Of a DNA stretch of 64,000 bases, positions 36,998-50,732 are shown piece by piece. The DNA is from Polymyxa betae A26-41 (Eukaryota; Protista; Endomyxa: Phytomyxea): contig RBZT01000696.1 in assembly GCA_003693705.1 (NCBI GenBank), positions 4,232 through 68,231 of the forward strand, written 5' to 3'. How positions within the stretch are numbered: position 1 is the first letter of the stretch; the number at the start of each line of letters is the position of its first letter. Made by a program: the position numbers and the translations under genes. The notes under the pieces were generated by a model. That model saw nothing but the letters and a program-made list of their open reading frames with translations, did no database searches and was not told where the DNA came from.

Positions 36998-37309
36998 TGG
37001 AACTTCAAAGCTCGAATAAGGACAACTCCAAGCACAGAAACTCCAAGGTCACGATGAAACATAACAGGGGGCTGCGCTCCCCTTTAAACAACTATCGCTC
37101 GCTCATCATTGACCATTTCACACTTCTCTAATTGACACTCTCTCTGCAATCGAGATTTGGAGTCTTCAAGTTAATGTCATGGCTTAGAATGGAGAGGGAT
37201 TAAGAGGTGTTGTTCTTGAAGCGATAAGTCTTGGTGGGAATTGAGATGAATTGGCCTTACGGAGGATTCAAGAACGTTTGAAGCTGGCTCTCGGAACAAT
37301 ACCGAGCAG

Positions 37310-40300
37310 ATGCTCATCCCAGGATCAACCTGTCGTCTGCAGCTTGGGATGTGCTCGGTCGACCATGAGCATTCACCGCCTACTGCTGTTGTAGATAACC
37401 CTCAATCACAGTCGTTCGTTATGTTAGATGGAGGTATTTAAGGTTCATTCTATGTTTGACTTATCATGTTTCGATAATAGTTTTATTTCGATAAACATGT
37501 TTCTGTCATGCGGGCTGGCTTTATGGGACTCAGGAGACATGTTTTAAAGCTTCACAGCAAACGCCCATGTCGTTGACAAGATCTAACCCTACCATATAGG
37601 ATATGCAAGGCATGATTCGGGAGATTTAGTCTATCAGCGTCCTGGTCATTGGACCCGGAGCTTATTCAAACAGCTTGTCGCGCGTCTTAACCAGAATCGC
37701 TACAATGACATTTCTGGGATTCTTTTCGACTCTTTGCGAAAACTTGATCGGTCTGCAGCTAAAACCCCTCAAGGATCTGCTACATTTATCGGTAAGTTCA
37801 AGGTTTCGAAATTTACAGAAATTTTGCTCTTGGTGCATTGTTTTGTGAATTACTACCTTTTAAAAGTTAGAAAACTCACGTTTATGATTCTTGAAACGTT
37901 CGCTTATGATTCTTGACACGTTCTACATTTGTTGGCTAAACTTACTATCGCTTCAGTGGGATCTACGCTTCCACAGCGATTGGGTACAGACAAGTTCATC
38001 ATCCTTGATATAAAGGCTTTATTTGATGGTGCTGCTGTCCTCATTCGGCCTTTTGGACCGAAAATCGATGTCGATATTGCGAATCTAGACGACGAGAGCG
38101 TATCGCTTCGCAGATTGAAACATCAGCCTCAGGGCAACCTTGAGAGTGACTTGACTTTTCAGTTGGAGAAAGTGAAATCAGAAATTCTATCACTTCAAAT
38201 TCGGAAACTTGGCTGCCAGAAAGACATCTCTAAGTTGGAAATGAAAGAGCAGCCAGATCTCGAGAATGAGCAAGTTTTAAAACAGATTAGGCTAAAACAA
38301 AAGACCATGTGCTCTCTGCAGTCGGCTATCGATTTTGAGATGGAGAGGCTGGAAGAATTTCAGTTCAGAAAATCTTTAGCTGGAATTTCTGATACAGGTA
38401 ATTTTTTTATGCCGGTTTCAGTTTCTTGATTGCTTATAATCGTCTCTTTAATGCACTCTTTTATAAGAATGGTTTCAGATCTACGCGTGGAAGAAATCAT
38501 ACAGCGGTTAATTATACTTGATCGGAAGATTACGACGTGCTTGGCGAGGTCGATCCTCGACTCGATCATAGTCAAAGCTGTGTCTATCGAGGCTAAAACG
38601 AATTACTCTCAGCAGAATACCGGCTTTATGAAGATGCTGAATCTTCTCGAAACATACTTCAATATTTGGGTCAATGCGAAAGAGACTCGTGAATATCGCC
38701 ACCAGCTAAAAAGGAATGATGCTGTACTCAACTCCTTAAATCTGATTCTTCGAGATACGATGTCGACTCTTTTCCCAGCTGATGATCTTGCCAACAAAAC
38801 CATATTCGTGCACGCTTCGAACCAAGCAGATACAGAGGATGAACAAGGGGCAATTAATCGGAATTCTGACGAGGCTGAGCAATCTATGCTCAAGGAAAGA
38901 GAAGGTCCAATTGTGCTTTCTTCTGCGGTGCTGATAAAGGATATTGGCCATGATCACAATGCGAATCTTGGAAAGACTGCTGATTTAGAAAAGGAAGACG
39001 AAATGCTGCGGTTTCTTCAAAAGCAACTTGGAGAATCTTACGGTTTCATCGAAACATCGAATGATGAGGTCATTACTACACAGAACCCTGAACTTGTTGC
39101 GGAGGCAAGGAGAGAAGCGCACCCAGACGAACGTGCTGGAGAGTGCCGCTCTGAAGATGAAACCCACCGACAAGGTGAAGCGGGTTCTCAGCATTATTCG
39201 AGACCCCAACGGCATATTTCGTCAGCTTCTACACCGTCAAGATTGTTTTCCGATCAGCCAACAAAGACCACATCTCATCATCAAAATGCTGGGTTTATGA
39301 ATAGCAAGGTTGCAGAACCTTTTGAGAAACCCGAAGAAGTGATTGAGCATCTGAAATCGCTTCTTGAAGAGTCTTATGATAAAATCTCCACCGACTCGCC
39401 CCTTATTCGAGCCCCGAGTAGCTCAACTCACGTTTCGCATTATGGCCATGACGATAACTATGAATCGCTTTTCAGTGAGCTGACGGACGACCTTCAGCGT
39501 GATATTAATGAGAAAGAACTTCATGTAACAAAATTTGATTTTCTTTTTGTTTTTCTAACCGAATTGAACTTACTTTGTCGTTTCTTAAAGCGAATCGAAC
39601 TGTCTTTCCATATTTCTAACCAATTTTTTTCTCAGAAGGCCAAGCTCAAGATTGTCCGATTCAGCGCCTACGTGGAAATCGTTGGTGAATGCGGATGGTC
39701 GGTGGGAATTTCGAAGTTGAAGATAGACGAGTCGAGAAAATATGCTCTGCGGCAGATTGAACGATTTCCCCGAAACATTCCCCTAAAGTACGAAATCGTA
39801 GCCAAGACCAACCGGGCGATTTCTGGTCTTACTAAAAGGTGCTAATTTTTTAATGTTTTCGCATTGTTTCCGGCAAACCACTGAATTTAATCAACAAATG
39901 ACCAGCTTAAAGACATGCTGTAGCAGTTTTGGTGAGTTATTTCTAGGGGGAAGTGGTATCCCGATATTCGAACGTTTTACAACGAAACCGCGAGTTGGAT
40001 CTTGGGACGCCAACCGAAAGAAAATCAGTCCGATGCCACTCATAATGGACATCCTTGGCAGTTGATGTCGGGGCGTCGGGAATCATGCCCGCCTGAACTA
40101 TATCAGAATTACAACTGGATTCTATTCCCTCGCGATATTGTTATAATTGGCAACCACTCGCTTTGGAATAGTATTACAGACAAGGTACAATACTTCGTCT
40201 GCAACTCTTTGTATAATATGACAATTGTCTTTTCAGGAATTAGCCGATCTCGCGAATCGCAACTATAATTATGACTGTACCAGTATTGCTAAAAGCGTTG

Positions 40301-40502
40301 CTGACCTTGTAAGTTCAAATTTATACGCTTGAATTGTGATGCTTGATAACATTGACCACAGACCGTCAGAAAACGCTGTGAATTTCCAGTTTTATTGAAT
40401 GACCGGGCACCTGTCAGCTGCATTGTTTGTAAAGTCGGTGTGTATCCTCCGAATTTAGAGCAATCTTCCGAACGGCCAAAGCGACCCTGCGTCATCATAT
40501 GA
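37310..40502 (+). CDS. Large hypothetical multi-exon protein
   Basis: Consecutive same-strand ORFs (37929, 38430, 39853, 40002) linked by GT-AG introns; no recognised domain. Confidence 0.6.
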
Positions 40503-40609
40503 TACTATGTCGGTTGCAAAGAATCATGGATGCCGATGCGATAAGAATTCTCACACATACCTAGCCCAGAGATTACGAATCAGTTTGATGTTTGCACCTC
40601 TGAACCTGA

Positions 40610-41336
40610 CGATGCCCTCAAACGATGGCAATATCAAATGCGTTTCTTCGTCTCGTCATCTTCGTAGTCCCATGATAAAACGGTAACAGGTCATGTCTCA
40701 CAAAACCTAACGACAAAAAATGAAAAGTTAGTTTCGGTGTGTGTAAATAATTTTTTCGTAGAATTTTTCGAAAGGCCTGCTGCAGTTCTGCGGGCGATGT
40801 TTGAGCTGCAAATATGGACGTGGTTTCGGTAAAATCTTTGAAATTTCGTGAGGATTTGAGGAGATGCGACTAGGTGAAAACTTCAGCTTATTTCGATTTC
40901 TCAAAACCATGTTCATTTTATTTGAGGAGAGCAACACAAATTTAGCAAATGTCTGGGAATAGTCTGAGGATATATTGCGAACTTGCTATCTAGACAATTG
41001 CCGCCTGGCCTCGACAGCAGCGAACAGGACACACGATCTGGGTCGATGTACATGGGAACCAGGATGATATAACCAAAAATTATAATGTCATTTTTGAAAA
41101 ATAGTATCACAAAAATGGCACATTAAAACACCTTTCAGTAACTGCTGGATGCTCAGGAACTTGCCGATCTGCGACTTCGCGTCGTTGATCGTTCTACGTA
41201 CAGCTACTGATAAGGTCAATGCGATGAAAGAGGAAGTCGCTGGTGCTGATGACATTCTGCTGTGTTGGAAAAGAATGTAAAATACCGCTGTTGCTAATAA
41301 AGAATCGTCTGATTCCGAAAAGGGGAGCTCAGTCAT
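40610..41336 (-). CDS. Hypothetical spliced protein
   Basis: ORFs 41088 and 40913 can be joined by an intron; the end is uncertain. Confidence 0.25.
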
Positions 41337-42127
41337 CGGAGCACGCCCGCAATCGTGAGCGCGAATATTGGCGTTCTTGGGCGGCGAGAACTATAATAAA
41401 TAATCGATCATGGAAGTGCTGACTTAGTTGTTCCATACGTAAATAAAGATTCTGGTAACATTACAGATGTATTTCACATGATTGGAGGAGTGGAGTTGGT
41501 TTAAAGCTGATTCGTGCAGCAATGCTATATGAACGTCTTAGTGAGTTCTGCTTGAAACGTGGTTCAGAGTGGAACTATTGCAGGAGCGAGCTGAGCTTTG
41601 GCCTCAGCCACCGAATGTCTTGAGGCTTGTTGGGAACCCGGTCTAGCCGTTACCCCTACTGTATCGGTCACGAGCTCCTTGACACAGCGGAGATTGGTTT
41701 TAGCTGTAGTTGGGACCATTCAAAGAATATGACCCGGATATGAGAGTTGGTATTCAGGATCTATCAGACCATATAGAGATGCGTGTATATAGACGAAGGA
41801 CTGAATATTGTCATTGTGCTGGCATCAGAGCTATTACAGACATTATTACATACAGAGTTTATTGAGGTTTCCTTTAATTAACTGCCATTTTAGAAAAGTG
41901 AACTGATCAAATGCTAGATCAATCGACTAAGCAAGGAAATGTTGATTGTAGAAACACCCATTGTCGTAAATCAGATCAAATTTGGCATCATACAGCAAAT
42001 AATGTCGATAGGAGCGCAAATCGGAACGGATCGGACGTTGTAGCCACCACAATCTAAGACACATGGTGATCGGCGACCCAGATTAGTGAGATCGCGACCG
42101 AGCCAAAACCCTAGCTCACTCAGCATC

Positions 42128-42802
42128 ATGACCGATCAACAAGACGATCACACGCCGGCGGCACCAACCCGACCCGCCGTTCGCCTATGGCTCAACTCAT
42201 CCAGCAACAATGGCGCCGACTGGGAAGACCTGGGCCAGCACGGCCAGGAGCAGCAGCAGCCGTCGCCGCCGGACGACGGGCCCGAATCCGACGTCGACGA
42301 CGAGTCGGCGTCCTCCGACGACCAAACGTTCGAATACCGCGAGATTGCGGCGAATTGGAACGAGAGGTTCGGCAACGGCGCGAGGCCGTACCCGCCCATC
42401 AGCGAGGTCTGGGCCGCGCTGGGCCGTGACGCGCGTGCCGGTGATACCGCGCGGACCAGGCCCGACGGGTTCCTTCGCGGGTTCTATCAGGGGTCGTGGG
42501 CCCGCCCGGACGCGGATCCGGTGTCGCCGCGTTCCAGCCGGCGGACTCCGCCGCATCCCGAGGACCCGCTGGCGGCGGCGCCGTCGACAGCATCAGACCT
42601 GCAGCAACAATTGCAGGCGACGGAGGGCGTCCTGTTACTGGTAGTGATCTGCCCGCTGCTGATCGCGACGCTGTGCATGTACGGCGTACTGGCCCTGGTC
42701 CTGAACGTGATCCTATCGGCGGTTGTGTTCCTGACAGCCAACCTTAACTCGATGTTTTGGCAGCAGCAGGCGGAGAGGCCGCGCCAGCATCTTGATCATT
42801 GA
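42128..42802 (+). CDS. Hypothetical protein with acidic/disordered N-terminus and C-terminal TM hairpin
   Basis: GC-rich intronless ORF; AAAACCCTAG about 20 nt upstream; AATAAA after the stop. Confidence 0.65.
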   Translation: MTDQQDDHTPAAPTRPAVRLWLNSSSNNGADWEDLGQHGQEQQQPSPPDDGPESDVDDESASSDDQTFEYREIAANWNERFGNGARPYPPISEVWAALGRDARAGDTARTRPDGFLRGFYQGSWARPDADPVSPRSSRRTPPHPEDPLAAAPSTASDLQQQLQATEGVLLLVVICPLLIATLCMYGVLALVLNVILSAVVFLTANLNSMFWQQQAERPRQHLDH

Positions 42803-42969
42803 TTATCAATAAACCGCCAAAAGACGCAAGTCTTTGATTGATAATGGGGTGCTGGGGTCACGGGGTCGCGGTCATGCCCCATGCCGTGCCGGGGTGCGTT
42901 ATGTCGCGACTGAGGCCGAGGGCGGCCACGACGCATAAGTGCGACGTACTTAGCTCGCGCCGCGCCCTG

Positions 42970-43428
42970 ATGCCAACGTCCATAAACGTCCTCAATGGAT
43001 GTGCTCGTGATCCGACGGCTCCTGCCGTATCTATGCGTTGGCCTGATGATGCTGTATATGTCGGTCGTAGGGCTGCAACGTTCTCGTTTTCAGTAGGAGG
43101 CAATCCGGCCCTGGGAAACGACCTTGGCTCAACGTTTCTCAGATTGCTGCCGAATAACAGCGGCCATAGATTCTTCGATCATAGAGCGCCTGTCGAGAGT
43201 TCGCTGCTTGTGCTGAATCGAACCGCCGGACTCGTCTACGCTGTCGCCTATTTCCTGCATCTCGTCTGCCCCGAGATTGTATTCGCGTTCAACTACCCGC
43301 GTATCAATCGGCCGCCTCCAAACCCGACCAACGAACCTGAACCGGTTGTAGTCGGCAACGGCGCCCTGTTTCAAGTTGACGACCATCAAGACGACGAGGA
43401 TTCTTACCCGGACCAACAAGAGGCCTAA
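42970..43428 (+). CDS. Hypothetical protein, possibly related to the 59221 family
   Basis: PAVSMRWPDDAVYVG resembles PVEIEFAPDRVFIG; NRPPP tail. Confidence 0.5.
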   Translation: MPTSINVLNGCARDPTAPAVSMRWPDDAVYVGRRAATFSFSVGGNPALGNDLGSTFLRLLPNNSGHRFFDHRAPVESSLLVLNRTAGLVYAVAYFLHLVCPEIVFAFNYPRINRPPPNPTNEPEPVVVGNGALFQVDDHQDDEDSYPDQQEA

Positions 43429-44141
43429 TCGTGACACGATGCAGTAAGTCGCGCCATACAAAATGTTCGAGTTGGCTAACTATGGATGTTAGATGTAAAT
43501 AGTGTAAATTTACCCAACTGTCGGTTCTCTGATTGTAAAACGGTTTCAACCTGAATACAGTACAAAGGCGCGCTGTCATTATAATTGACCCGTCCTTGTT
43601 TATCTGATTGATTAAAATCCTGTTTTAAAAATATAAACAATTGTTTCCTAGTAGAAAAGAACGCCATCAGCTTAAATCTGTTGACATATTTCGAGTTCAT
43701 TGTTCGCTTTCAATCCGCGAAATTTCGATAATTTGCAGAGCACTGAAGCGGCGTAGGACCGAACATTAGATAACGGCAACGAATCACATCTCTCTTCACC
43801 ACAGACATCCATCACGGGCGGCTTCGGCGACGCAGCCTTCCCTGGCAATCACAATAAGCGAGAAGTTTATATAGGCGCATCGGATGATAGGATCGGGCCG
43901 GCCGACGCGATGCGCAGTGAAAATAGAGACAGACGAGAGGCTGCGTTCCGGGGGACGTTCCATCACTTTGCTTCAGAATCGGGCCCCTGTCAGGTCACGT
44001 TTCCTGCCAGAGGCCGCGTTTCCGTTACCGCTGGTCTGGCCGGCCCCACTCCCCCCGTTTCTGTCGCCCTTGGGCCCCGCTCCTCTTCAGCCCAGCCTTC
44101 ACTCTTCTCTCTTCTCTCTCTCTCGTGACTAGACCGCCACG

Positions 44142-45079
44142 ATGACGGTTCCAGCCTGGCCAACGGCTGCTGCTGCATCCGCCCAGTCCTGGACGCCAGC
44201 AGAGGACCAGTACCTACTAAAGTTGCTGGCGCGTGGCGGTCCCGAAAGACGATGCGTTGGTCGGCCGCTGGCAGATCTGATGGCGGAGCGATTCGGCAGG
44301 GCTTATAATCATCAGCAGATTTGGCTGCGCCTGACGCAGATTTGCCCAGCGAACCCTACCTTGCCGCAGTCGAAACTGTCGCCGCCGCAACTCGAGACGA
44401 GTATTCCCAAGCGTATCTCAAGGTTGGAAGAGACGTCACCAACTGCGTTCAAGAAAGAGATGGATGCGATAACGCCTGTGGATTCAAGAGAAAGAGCAGA
44501 GTCTGAACCTACGGTGAAACGAACCGCGATTCGTCCCGGGCCGCCGCCGCCTCGAGGCGGTACGAAATGGCGTCAAGAAGAAATGTCGGCTTTGATCGAA
44601 TTTGTGGATACGCATGGCAAAGATTGGTCCACCATTGCTGACCTGATGACGTCACGATTCGGGACGAGATATCGTCGGTATAGTCACTTTACAGTGGAAT
44701 TCAAATGGCGCTATATGAAGCGATTACAACCTGCACAATTCGCACGCAGCAGCAAGCCAGCTACTGAATGTTGTGAATCTGACTTTGGCATTACAAGGCA
44801 AAGATGTCATTCTGATGGGGATCTGCCATCAAAGAAGGCAAGATCGGCAACAGCACACCCGATTGCGACCCAATGGGCAGAAGTATTGCCCTCGGTCAGG
44901 CTCGAGACCGTCGATCATTTCATGAACCGCATCTTTGCCACGAGCAACGATGATCACTTTAGTGAGTTTTTTTTACTTTTTACTCTTTCGCGTTGCTTGT
45001 TTTATCAAAGCTCCTTTCTGGATTTCGATGTTCGATCGCGCCGTGTTTGACATTCTTGTGTTTAGTAGTTGAGCACTGA
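44142..45079 (+). CDS. Myb/SANT-like DNA-binding protein (two separated repeats)
   Basis: WTPAEDQYLLKL and KWRQEEMSALIEFVDTHGKDWSTIA; probable terminal intron starting GTGAGT. Confidence 0.8.
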
Positions 45080-45692
45080 GCAATCGAGGGAGAGCTTTCG
45101 GAAACATCTTCTTAAACCGCTGTGTAAGTTTTGGCCAATTCCTTCGTTACCTTCTGGGAATAACATGTGGTTTGTACAGCTACTGCTTTTAATAAGAGTT
45201 AAGAGGCGACTTGAAGTCATCATGGGAGCCGTCGAAGCATGCTGATTGTCACATAATGTACGTAATTAAACTAATGTATATAAGCTATTTGAACGTTAAA
45301 ATCTGGGTCTCTTCCACACGAAAAACTTCTGATCGTTTAGATCTCGATTCCACGATCGATGTACTTTTGAGCAGGGTCCACCACATTATGTAGCGGAACA
45401 CCAAACGAAGGAAGTGTATGACACTTTCTTACCGGTCGCGAGCTTCTTCACTACGCTATGCGAGTGGCGATTATCAGGATTGAAGCACTGCCTCTGTGAT
45501 TCAGCCTTGCTGACATCTATCGACGTGGCGTCACGGCACCGAGTTCGAATCCCTTGTCGTGGCGATGGAAATCGAAGAGAGAAAGAAAAGAGAGATGAGC
45601 GCGGCCCCCCTTTTCCGTCACATTATCGTGTCAAGCTGTGTTATAACACAACATCATTGGAGATTCAACCATGTGCTAATCCTGTCAATCCG

Positions 45693-47302
45693 ATGATGTT
45701 GTTGGCTCGACGAGCGCCTTCATTCGCTTACCGCCATTTCCGCATGGTCGGCATCGCTAGGGACGACATTCCTAGATATGCGGTTCTGGTTGCAGGCGAT
45801 GTCGCACCTCCTGGTACAGATCCGGCTGAAAAAGCCACACGCTATCGTTCGTCTCGCGTTTGCTTCTCATTTTTGACATTATAATCGTTATTCTGAGAAA
45901 GTTCATTCCTCCTTTCAAAATTTTTCGCCAAAGTTTTGCCGTTTTCCGGTACTTTTCCTTCTCCTGCATAATTGTAATACCGATAGAGTTTATCAGAATC
46001 GCCATTCGGCTTTTGTTTTTTAAACCCGGTTATTCCCAAACTTTCATTGCTATCCCACTGAGTCCTTTTCCTATATTTTATCGTACTATTCATCTATCTA
46101 AGCTTATCGCTGTTGGTACAGATGATTACTTCCAGCTCTATCAGAATATTCTGCGTTCGTCAAACCCGTCTGATGAGCGCTGGGACCAATTTCGCTGCTT
46201 GGATGGCGAATTTCCTGATCCATCTGAATTGGATTCTTATCGAGGATTTGTGATCAGCGGGTAGTTTCTCCCATCTACCGGTGGTGTTTTCATGCTTATG
46301 CATCAAACCGCTATTGTAGATCGCGATACGATGCCCACAGCGATGTTGGCTGGATTGTAAGATTACGCGATTTCGTTAAAGTTATCTACGAGCGCCAGCA
46401 CAGCAACTTGCTCGGAATCTGTTTCGGTCACCAACTCCTAGCACATGCTCTTGTAAGGTTGCAAATTGCATCGCTGTATCGCTCTGATGTATCTTGTCTG
46501 ATAGGGTGGCGAATCGGGCCGTGCTGCAGAATCCGGTTGGCAGGTTGGCAGTTGTAGTTATATGTACTCTTTGGCCTCTTATCGCTTTCTGTTATTGAAA
46601 TCTTTCTGTTATTGAAAGCTTTCAAGATTGCATTTCAGATTTGCTTAAGACCTTTCTGCTCTCTTCTTTGCGATGATGCTGTTTTCAAACATATTGCTTT
46701 GCTTTTCATTTTGGTGCTTTAGACGGCTATTATTGCTTTTGCTGCAAGACGATGCTCTTAGAAACCCCCATTTTTCTCCTTTTTTTCTGTTAAACACCTG
46801 GTTCTGTCCCAAGCCAGATATCGATTTGGTTGTTCACCTCATTATTGTATCTTTCTTTTGCCTAAATGGTTAATGCTGTAGCTTGGATTGCAAGAAGTCC
46901 AAACCAATGATGCCCTCCGCAAGTCATTCCCGGGTGCCCCAGAGAAATACTCCATTCTCAAGATCCATCAAGACCAGGTCGGTATCTGCTTACCAATGTA
47001 AACATTGCATGTTTTTGACAATGCAGTATTAGGTTAAGAAGCTACCTCCTGGAGCCGTTTGCCTGGCAACTTCGACCAACTGCCGTTTCGAAATGTTTTC
47101 TATCGGCAAACGTGTGCTCTCCATCCAGGGTCATCCTGAATTCAACAATAACCTGCTATCGGGAATCGTCCAGGCTCGCGTTAAAGCCGGAACTATTTCC
47201 CCTGACGTGGGCCAAACCGCCCTCGACTCGATGCGAACTGAGCAGCCTCAGAGCGAATCTATCATCGCCGTATTGGCCCGATTTCTCAAGACTGCCCACT
47301 GA
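45693..47302 (+). CDS. Class I glutamine amidotransferase-like protein (GMP synthase/gamma-glutamyl peptidase type), multi-exon
   Basis: GFVISGS, nucleophile motif LGICFGHQ, HQDQV and IQGHPEF triad. Confidence 0.9.
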
Positions 47303-47572
47303 CTTTATTAGGTTATATATTACTAAACGACATCACGTTGTCTACTGTCTAATCTGCTGGCCATCCTTCGAAGTAAAGTCTCCTTTTTGCTGATACGATC
47401 TGGAGGAAGGCGTCGTGGATTGTTTGATTGTTGCCAGCGGTCACAAACAGGCACAGACCTCGGTCAGTAAGCGCCATCTTCTGTCGCTCCAGTCCATTTC
47501 AAGCATGACTCATGCTGTTCGAATCTGGGCTCCGTCGGCAATCGACCTTGAGTCACGCCGACCAACGATTTG

Positions 47573-48349
47573 ATGACAAATGACTCCCGGTCTAACATTT
47601 ATCATATGTCTTCCGATTCGATAACAGCGTTCGAAAGGTTTGGGTCACCCCCATCGATCCCCGTCGCCGACCCGTTCGCCGACTATGCTTCTCAAATCGT
47701 GCACATCTACAAATACGAGCACCATCCCAACAAAACCATCAATCGGGTCGAATGTGCTCAACCCGCTTTCATGCTGATGAAGGATTTTGATCAGCACATG
47801 CCCGGTCAGCTATATTCAGTATTCGACTATGCTAGTCCATTGTTCAACCCATCGCCACCGCCGGTCATACCCCGATTCGTTCACATGCCGCCGCCATTCT
47901 CGCTAAGCATGCCCACGACGCAAGAGCGTCCGCTGAAGCGTCCTAGTTCGAACAAACCCATTTCCTCGATCTCTCGTGACTCGAAAAAGATTCGCAGTCG
48001 CCTTCCTGCTTCGTCTGTTGCCATCATGCAGAATTGGTTTATGGATCATTTAAACTGGCCGTATCCAAACGATGACGATAAGGTTCGCTTTCTTGCAAGG
48101 CTGTTCATGGTCAATACTGATTCGCTTTGACAGACGGAAATAGCGGAGCGAGCCGGTCTTACCGTTGCTCAAGTTGTGAATTGGTTCACAAACACCAGAA
48201 AACGGTTTTGGATCCCCAACAAGGACAAGTTTATCGACGAGAATGGAAAGGTTCGTACAGATTTCAAGACCTTCGAAGATATCCACTCAGCTGCCGCTTC
48301 GAATTCCCCCGCCTATATATCCTCGACATCGGATTCGGGCGACCTGTAG
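47573..48349 (+). CDS. TALE-class homeodomain transcription factor
   Basis: WFMDHLNWPYPNDDDK, then an intron, then TEIAERAGLTVAQVVNWFTNTRKR. Confidence 0.9.
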
Positions 48350-48639
48350 ATATATTGTAGACTTGATAAAGCTTTCAGCACTTCGCCCTAACATACTCAT
48401 ATAAACGTCATCTGCGGCCTTTACCTGGATGATTCACCTGCAGAAGACTTCTAATCATTAAGACTTCCATCGTCGATAGGCTTATGGGAATATTCGTTAT
48501 ATTCTTGAACGCGTACCTTCATGCAGGGATCAGCAAATTCCTAGTTCACTAAATGTATCTGCCAGATTTATACTATTTTGTAAATAAAGCAGGCACGCCT
48601 ACAGGTTTATTGCCGACAACGCTCTGAACGACAGATGGG

Positions 48640-48906
48640 TCAGAGACCCTTGACATCGGGATCTGCTGACCCATATTGTTCTTGGATGTAAGTGATGGCG
48701 ACCGGAACGAGCACGCTTCCTGAGAATCCAACAAGGAACATCACCAGATAGATGAGATAGAAGAACATCCGGGTTTGTGATCTTGTGGCATCGACCATGG
48801 GCGCCGTTAGATACAGTCCAGCCGAGCAGCAGAACGCAGCGACCATGACGGCTGCTATTGACAGCATCAACGCTATCGCATGCAGACGAGAAGCGAAAAC
48901 AGCCAT
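48640..48906 (-). CDS. Small two-TM protein
   Basis: Intact ORF with two hydrophobic helices; AATAAA downstream. Confidence 0.5.
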   Translation of the reverse strand: MAVFASRLHAIALMLSIAAVMVAAFCCSAGLYLTAPMVDATRSQTRMFFYLIYLVMFLVGFSGSVLVPVAITYIQEQYGSADPDVKGL

Positions 48907-49243
48907 TCTAGTTCGGTTTCGAATCTCTCTATGCAAGCAGGATGGCTGCTGTAAGGTTCTCGGCCGTTCGCGCCATCATATTGTGGTTCTTAAAATGTGA
49001 TGCATTATGTATGGTTCATAATAGCCTTAAAAAATGTAAAATTCTGTAAACGCTCGATATATATCTAGAAAGCATGTGTATACTGTGACGTTTGAAGTTA
49101 GATTACAGAGCTGTTTGACAGCATTCATTTTACATGTTGTTTTTTATGATTTTTATATTAACAGTTTGTTGAAACATTGAATGCAATACAGATCATCCTG
49201 AGATTGACAGGATGGCGTCTCGATAAATGAACAGTGTTGAGTT

Positions 49244-50732
49244 TTACTTGGACTGCAGATTGCTCTGTTGAGGGCGATGTCCACCAATGATGCACCACAG
49301 TTTGCTCTGTTGTCGGCGATGTCCACCAGAGATGGACCGGAGTTTGCTCTGTTGTAGGCGATGTCCACCATAGATGTAGATACCCAGTGAGAAGAATAGA
49401 AGTACAGTAGCAATGATTGCGAAAGCATTCAGTTCCTCATTGAAGAGCAAGTGGCCAAGGATGACGCAGACGACTCGCTTCGGGCCGCCCAATGATCTGC
49501 TGAACGTTGCCGAACTGAACGAGGTCAAGCCAATGTTGGTGAACAGCATGAGAGGCGACGCCACCCACATTCCTGCGAGCAAGCCCCAGAACATCGACCC
49601 GTTTCCTAAAGCGATGACATGCGGGTAAGTCTCGCGAATGGTGCTCCGCTCAAAGAACAGGAAGCAAGGCAGGACGATCAGCGTAGATAAGAAGCTCTGG
49701 CAGGTGTTGATTTGGCAGATGAAAGTCAGGTCGCCTTTGGACTGTTCGGTTGCGAATAGTTTCTGGGTCAGGACAGACAGGATCGAGACGAAGATCGAGC
49801 CGGAAACAGCGCAGGAAAACCCGATAACATGGTCCCAGACGCTCAGTTCAGACTTCGTGTCGCTGTTGAAGCCAATCAAGGCAAGCGCCACAGCCATCAT
49901 GAAGACGGCAAGATCTATCAGGATGTCAAAACAGCGAATAGGGTAGTTCAACAAATAGAAGAAGCATTTGAAAGCAAAGAGGAACTGAAAATCAAAGCAG
50001 GTTACATTGCCATTCGTTAAACTTCTTCTTGGTCATCAACTTGCTGAGACCCACGACGAAGATCAGCGACGTACCCCGAATGCTATAAGGAGCACTGAGC
50101 AGAAGGGTCGCCACAACGGCGAATAACATTACATGGCGTATTCGGTGGCGCTCAGCTTGCTCAGCCCAAATGAACCTGAAATAAAGTTCAGCTTACATCA
50201 TATCGAACGTTGGACAACAGTAGCGTACTGAAGATGATGTTGAGCGACTCAGGAACGGCGAGCATGGCGAATGCCTTCCACTGTCGCCATGTTGGGGCAA
50301 CAATCCGACCGCGGGTGGAGATTAGCCAGAACGCGAAGGCGATTGGGAATGAACCGGATGTTGCCAGAGCGAACAAAAGCGGCGACTTGAACTCTTTGTC
50401 AGACTTCGTCTGATCTTTGATGCTCGGATCCGCTTTCATCGTCTTGAACGGTTGAGCGAACAGAGTATGACACGACTAAGAACACGAATGTTAACGTTGT
50501 TATCAATTCAAAACCATGAATTGTTACCGACCGCTGAAGCAATACAGATGACAGACATGACGGCGATGATGGCCAGACGAACGATACGGTTCTGGATGAG
50601 AGCCGCCTTGGATTTGGCTGACGGAGGATTGCAAGGCATTGGGGTTGGCTTGTTCACGGATTGGCTGCCAGTATCATCCAGATTAATAACAGTGCAGCAT
50701 TTGCCATTGTCGGCCGAACCAAACTTGGTCAT
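49244..50732 (-). CDS. Drug/metabolite transporter superfamily (purine permease/nucleotide-sugar transporter-like), multi-exon
   Basis: About 10 TM segments; KRVVCVILGHLLFNEEL and RGTSLIFVVGLS are DMT-type motifs. Confidence 0.75.
49259..49370. repeat. 42-bp coding tandem repeat x~3
   Basis: Encodes GGHRxQQSKL in the transporter C-terminal tail. Confidence 0.9.

Noticed and set aside
45455-45564. Possible tRNA-Sec or other tRNA (GTTCGAATCC box, TCA triplet, GGCG end)
   Set aside because: The T-stem does not pair and no convincing D or anticodon stems form; at most a B-box-like remnant.
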